Shown here: in pieces, positions 15,001 to 21,000 of the stretch
Layout of the letters: every line of letters starts with the position of its first letter
How positions within the stretch are numbered: position 1 is the stretch's first letter
From: Paraphysomonas bandaiensis
Lineage: Eukaryota > Protista > Chrysophyceae
Length of the DNA stretch: 64,000 bases
NCBI GenBank assembly: GCA_965644295.1
Contig: CBFFRP010000335.1
Location: 124,001 to 188,000 of the forward strand
Direction: 5' to 3'
The notes under the pieces: model-generated
Databases searched by the model: none
Told to the model about the DNA's origin: nothing
Seen by the model: only the letters and a program-made list of their open reading frames with translations
Translations under genes and position numbers: made by a program

Positions 15001-18000
15001 TCACCCAAACAAGCCAAACAATCAACCTCACTGCCATTACTATGTAACACATCTGATTCATCACAAAATGGCTGCTCATGCAAATATATAACAGTTTTAA
15101 ACAGGTCGGTTATATACCACGATATACCATTGAAACCTTCAGGACCACCAGAATAACCGTACGTATGATATATACCATTCCCATTTCCATAGTGCAGTAC
15201 TTCTGCAGCATATTGGTCAAAGGACACCGACATATTCCAAAAATAAGAACAATCTTTACAAACACCAGGAACAGACCATAAATTTTCCGACATAACCAAA
15301 TCATATGACTCATCAGCACGATTGTACTCAAATACCATACTTGTGTTATAACCTCCGTAATACTTCTCCTTTCGCGTGCCATTTTCAATCACTTGGATTG
15401 TCCAGTGCATCTCCCAAGGATATTCAGCCACGACACTCACGCTTCCATTGGCATCAATACCAAGTAAAGTGAAATAATACAACTGATCGATATTCAATTC
15501 CGAAGGATACACACAACCCGACATCTGAGAACAACTACAATCCAGAGAATTACGAATTATGTTCGAGTCATCATCGTGTATCTGAACCCAATAGTAGAAA
15601 TCTACTGCATCGGACCAACCATCACCAAATTGATCCAATAATGTCACATACAAACATGTATCATTGCTACCAATATTAACTGTATCGCAGTCAGATATAC
15701 ACTCCAACTCATTGTTCAATACAACTGTGCCCAAAGTGGTAGGAGCGGTGATATAAAACAGTGATGGAAGAGATGTGGGTGATGAAGAGGGGCATTTAGA
15801 GGGCACAGATGTTGGTAAATATGATGGCTGTCCCGATGGAACACCAGAAGGTGAATTAGACGGTTCAGCTGTTGGACTTGACGATGGGTCCCCAGTAGGA
15901 TCACCACTAGGTAATGAAGTCGGTACATTGCTTGGTACTGAACTTGGCTGCCCTGTTGGTTCACCACTCGGTAGGCTTGACGGAATAGATGTGGGTTCAC
16001 CTGAAGGCTCTCCAGTAGGCAAACTACTGGGGACAGATGATGGCTCACCAGTAGGATCACCACTAGGTAATGAAGTCGGTACATTGCTTGGTACTGAACT
16101 TGGCTGCCCTGTTGGTTCACCACTCGGTAGGCTTGACGGAATAGATGTGGGTTCACCTGAAGGCTCTCCAGTAGGATGATTGGTTGGAAGCAATGATGGA
16201 ACCGACGATGGTACACCGGTAGGATTAGAACTCAATGTGTCACTACACACACCAGTAACATCACCATAAGCGCCAGGGTGACATACACCATCAGTTATCA
16301 CAAATGTCAACTCATTCTGACCTGTACCAGACACACCACAGAATTCCCACTCAAACCTTGAGCTTCTATCATCACAAGCCCCAGTGGATCTAAAGATATA
16401 GCTACCATCACCCAAACAAGCCAAACAATCAACCTCACTACCATTAGGGTATAACATATTATCGCAGAATACTGTCTCGTGCGCGTACAATAATTCTTTG
16501 TTTATATCAGTCACATACCATGAACTTGTGTACAACTGCGTTGACGTACTACCGTGAGTTGACATGCTACCATCCCCTTTATAGGAAACAGACTCCACAT
16601 AATCTTGATACTTCACTGGCCACTTCAGGGAGCTATTGCATGTAGTGCACAGTCTAGAGGGCATCCGCAAGTTATCAGATAAAACAAAATCATATGACTC
16701 ATCAGCACGATTGTACTCAAATACCATACTTGTGTTATATCCTCCGTAATACTTCTCCTTTCGCGTGCCATTTTCTATAATCTGAACAGTCCAATGCATC
16801 TCCCAAACATACTCCGGAACAGTTTCATTCATACTTGCCAGGGTAAAATAGTAAAGCTGATCGATATTCAATTCCGAAGGATACACACAACCCGACATCT
16901 GAGAACAACTACAATCCAGAGAATTACGAATTATGTTCGATTCATCATCGCGTATCTGAACCCAATAGTAGAAATCTACTGCATCAGACCAACCATCACC
17001 AAATTGATCCAATAATGTCACAAACAAACAGGTTACGGCTTTGTGTTCATCAGGAATACTGCAGTTTGAAGCACATTCAAGGGTATTATTTAGAGTTATA
17101 GTTGACAATGCAGTCGGCATAATAGATGGTGAAGTGGAAGGAAACGCCGTCGGAAACTTACTAGGAACCAATGATGGTACAGAACTCGGAGTGCTAGTGG
17201 GTGCTGTGGACGGCAACGTGGATGGAGAGTTAGAAGGTTTCATGGATGGCCTTCCGGAGGGTCGCATTGACGGCAATGCAGATGGACCACTAGTCGGTTC
17301 AACTGAAGGATTTACAGACGGAAGAGCCGATGGATTAGAACTTGGTATAGCAGATGGGAGTACAGACGGGCAAGTAGAGGGACACGAAGAAGGAGTAACA
17401 GAAGGCCGACTCGAAGGTAACACAGACGGAGAGTGCGTAGGCATACCAGAAGGGTTGTCAGTTGGTTCGTGTGTAGGCTTTTCCGTAGGCAGCTGTGAGG
17501 GATTATGAGAAGGTGATGCACTGGGTGTGTATGTTGGTCCTCCACTGGGGTCCCCCGATGGACAGCACGTCGGCATTAAAGATGGATTGCTAGTAGGGCC
17601 CCTCGATGGACAGCACGAGGGGATACTAGATGGATCGCTGGTAGGTTTCTCAGTTGGTATACAACTTGGCTTAAACGTAGGGATGCTGGAAGGGATACAA
17701 GAAGGTTGAAGTGTAGGTTCGCCAGATGGACCTTGTGTCGGGTATCCACTAGGTTGCACAGTGGGAAATGATGAAGGGCATTGACTAGGAGACGAAGTAG
17801 GGTCCACACTAGGGATAAATGTTGGCCACCAGGAAGGATAATTTGAAGGCATGCCTGATGGTATTCCAGTCGGTACAAAAGTTGGAAGATATGTGGGCAC
17901 TCTCGACGGTTTTGCAGAGGGAAGTGCTGAAGGAGAAGAGGTGGGAAGTACGGTTGGTATACTCGTTGGCTCATCAGAAGGTAAAAACGTGGGTTGCTCA

Positions 18001-21000
18001 GACGGAACAAGGGTAGGGTAAACAGAAGGAAACAATGTTGGAGATCCACTGGGAAGTTCCGTTGGGTTTCCAGTTGGTAAGCCACTTGGACATGTTGACG
18101 GATGCTTAGAAGGTAAGCTCGAAGGAAATGTAGAAGGTGAAAAGGATGGTACTGCACTAGGAACACAGGAAGGAATAGATGATGGGGATTCAGACGGCAA
18201 AACACTGGGATGAAACGTTGGCAAAGATGATGGAGACACACTAGGAAAAACACTAGGTATACGACTAGGACATCCACTTGGACAAAACGTAGGCTCACCG
18301 GTTGGAAGCAATGATGGAACCGACGATGGTACACTGGTAGGATTAGAACTCAATGTGTCACTACACACGCCAGTAACATCACCATAAGCGCCAGGGTGAC
18401 ATACACCATCAGTTATCACAAATGACAACTCATTCTGACCGGTACCAGACACACCACAGAATTCCCACTCAAACCTTGAACTTCTATCATCACAAGCCCC
18501 AGTGGATCTAAAGATATAGCTACCATCACCCAAACAAGCCAAACAATCAACCTCACTGCCATTACTATGTAACACATCTGATTCATCACAAAATGGCTGC
18601 TCATGCAAATATATAACAGTTTTAAACAGGTCGGTTATATACCACGATATACCATTGAAACCTTCAGGACCACCAGAATAACCGTACGTATGATATATAC
18701 CATTCCCATTTCCATAGTGCAGTACTTCTGCAGCATATTGGTCAAAGGACACCGACATATTCCAAAAATAAGAACAATCTTTACAAACACCAGGAACAGA
18801 CCATAAATTTTCCGACATAACCAAATCATATGACTCATCAGCACGATTGTACTCAAATACCATACTTGTGTTATAACCTCCGTAATACTTCTCCTTTCGC
18901 GTGCCATTTTCTATAATCTGAACAGTCCAATGCATCTCCCAAACATACTCCGGAACAGTTTCATTCATACTTGCCAGGGTAAAATAGTAAAGCTGATCGA
19001 TATTCAATTCCGAAGGATACACACAACCCGACATCTGAGAACAACTACAATCCAGAGAATTACGAATTATGTTCGAGTCATCATCGCGTATCTGAACCCA
19101 ATAGTAGAAATCTACTGCATCAGACCAACCATCACCAAATTGATCCAATAATGTCACATACAAACATGTATCATTGCTACCAATATTAACTGTATCGCAG
19201 TCAGATATACATTCTAACTCATTGTTCAATACAACTGTGCCCAAAGTCGTAGGGGCGGATGATGGTTGTCCGGATGGAAGAGATGTGGGTGATGAAGAGG
19301 GGCATTCAGAGGGCACAGATGTTGGTAAATATGATGGCTGTCCTGATGGACTCAATGATGGTCGATTCGTAGGGGTACAGGATGGTATTACAGAAGGATA
19401 TCCGCTTGGTACATGTGAAGGAATTCCACTTGGAGATCCACTTGGACAAAACGTAGGCTCACCGGTTGGAAGCAATGATGGAACCGACGATGGTACACTG
19501 GTAGGATTAGAACTCAATGTGTCACTACACACGCCAGTAACATCACCATAAGCGCCAGGGTGACATACACCATCAGTTATCACAAATGACAACTCATTCT
19601 GACCGGTACCAGACACACCACAGAATTCCCACTCAAACCTTGAACTTCTATCATCACAAGCCCCAGTGGATCTAAAGATATAGCTACCATCACCCAAACA
19701 AGCCAAACAATCAACCTCACTGCCATTACTATGTAACACATCTGATTCATCACAAAATGGCTGCTCATGCAAATATATAACAGTTTTAAACAGGTCGGTT
19801 ATATACCACGATATACCATTGAAACCTTCAGGACCACCAGAATAACCGTACGTATGATATATACCATTCCCATTTCCATAGTGCAGTACTTCTGCAGCAT
19901 ATTGGTCAAAGGACACCGACATATTCCAAAAATAAGAACAATCTTTACAAACACCAGGAACAGACCATAAATTTTCCGACATAACCAAATCATATGACTC
20001 ATCAGCACGATTGTACTCAAATACCATACTTGTGTTATATCCTCCGTAATACTTCTCCTTTCGCGTGCCATTTTCTATAATCTGAACAGTCCAATGCATC
20101 TCCCAAACATACTCCGGAACAGTTTCATTCATACTTGCCAGGGTAAAATAGTAAAGCTGATCGATATTCAATTCCGAAGGATACACACAACCCGACATCT
20201 GAGAACAACTACAATCCAGAGAATTACGAATTATGTTCGAGTCATCATCGCGTATCTGAACCCAATAGTAGAAATCTACTGCATCAGACCAACCATCACC
20301 AAATTGATCCAATAATGTCACATACAAACATGTATCATTGCTACCAATATTAACTGTATCGCAGTCAGATATACATTCTAACTCATTGTTCAATACAACT
20401 GTGCCCAAAGTCGTAGGGGCGGATGATGGTTGTCCGGATGGAAGAGATGTGGGTGATGAAGAGGGGCATTCAGAGGGCACAGATGTTGGTAAATATGATG
20501 GCTGTCCTGATGGACTCAATGATGGTCGATTCGTAGGGGTACAGGATGGTATTACAGAAGGATATCCGCTTGGTACATGTGAAGGAATTCCACTTGGAGA
20601 TCCACTAGGACAAAACGTAGGCTCACCGGTTGGAAGCAATGATGGAACCGACGATGGTACACTGGTAGGATTAGAACTCAATGTGTCACTACACACGCCA
20701 GTAACATCACCATAAGCGCCAGGGTGACATACACCATCAGTTATCACAAATGACAACTCATTCTGACCGGTACCAGACACACCACAGAATTCCCACTCAA
20801 ACCTTGAACTTCTATCATCACAAGCCCCAGTGGATCTAAAGATATAGCTACCATCACCCAAACAAGCCAAACAATCAACCTCACTGCCATTACTATGTAA
20901 CACATCTGATTCATCACAAAATGGCTGCTCATGCAAATATATAACAGTTTTAAACAGGTCGGTTATATACCACGATATACCATTGAAACCTTCAGGACCA

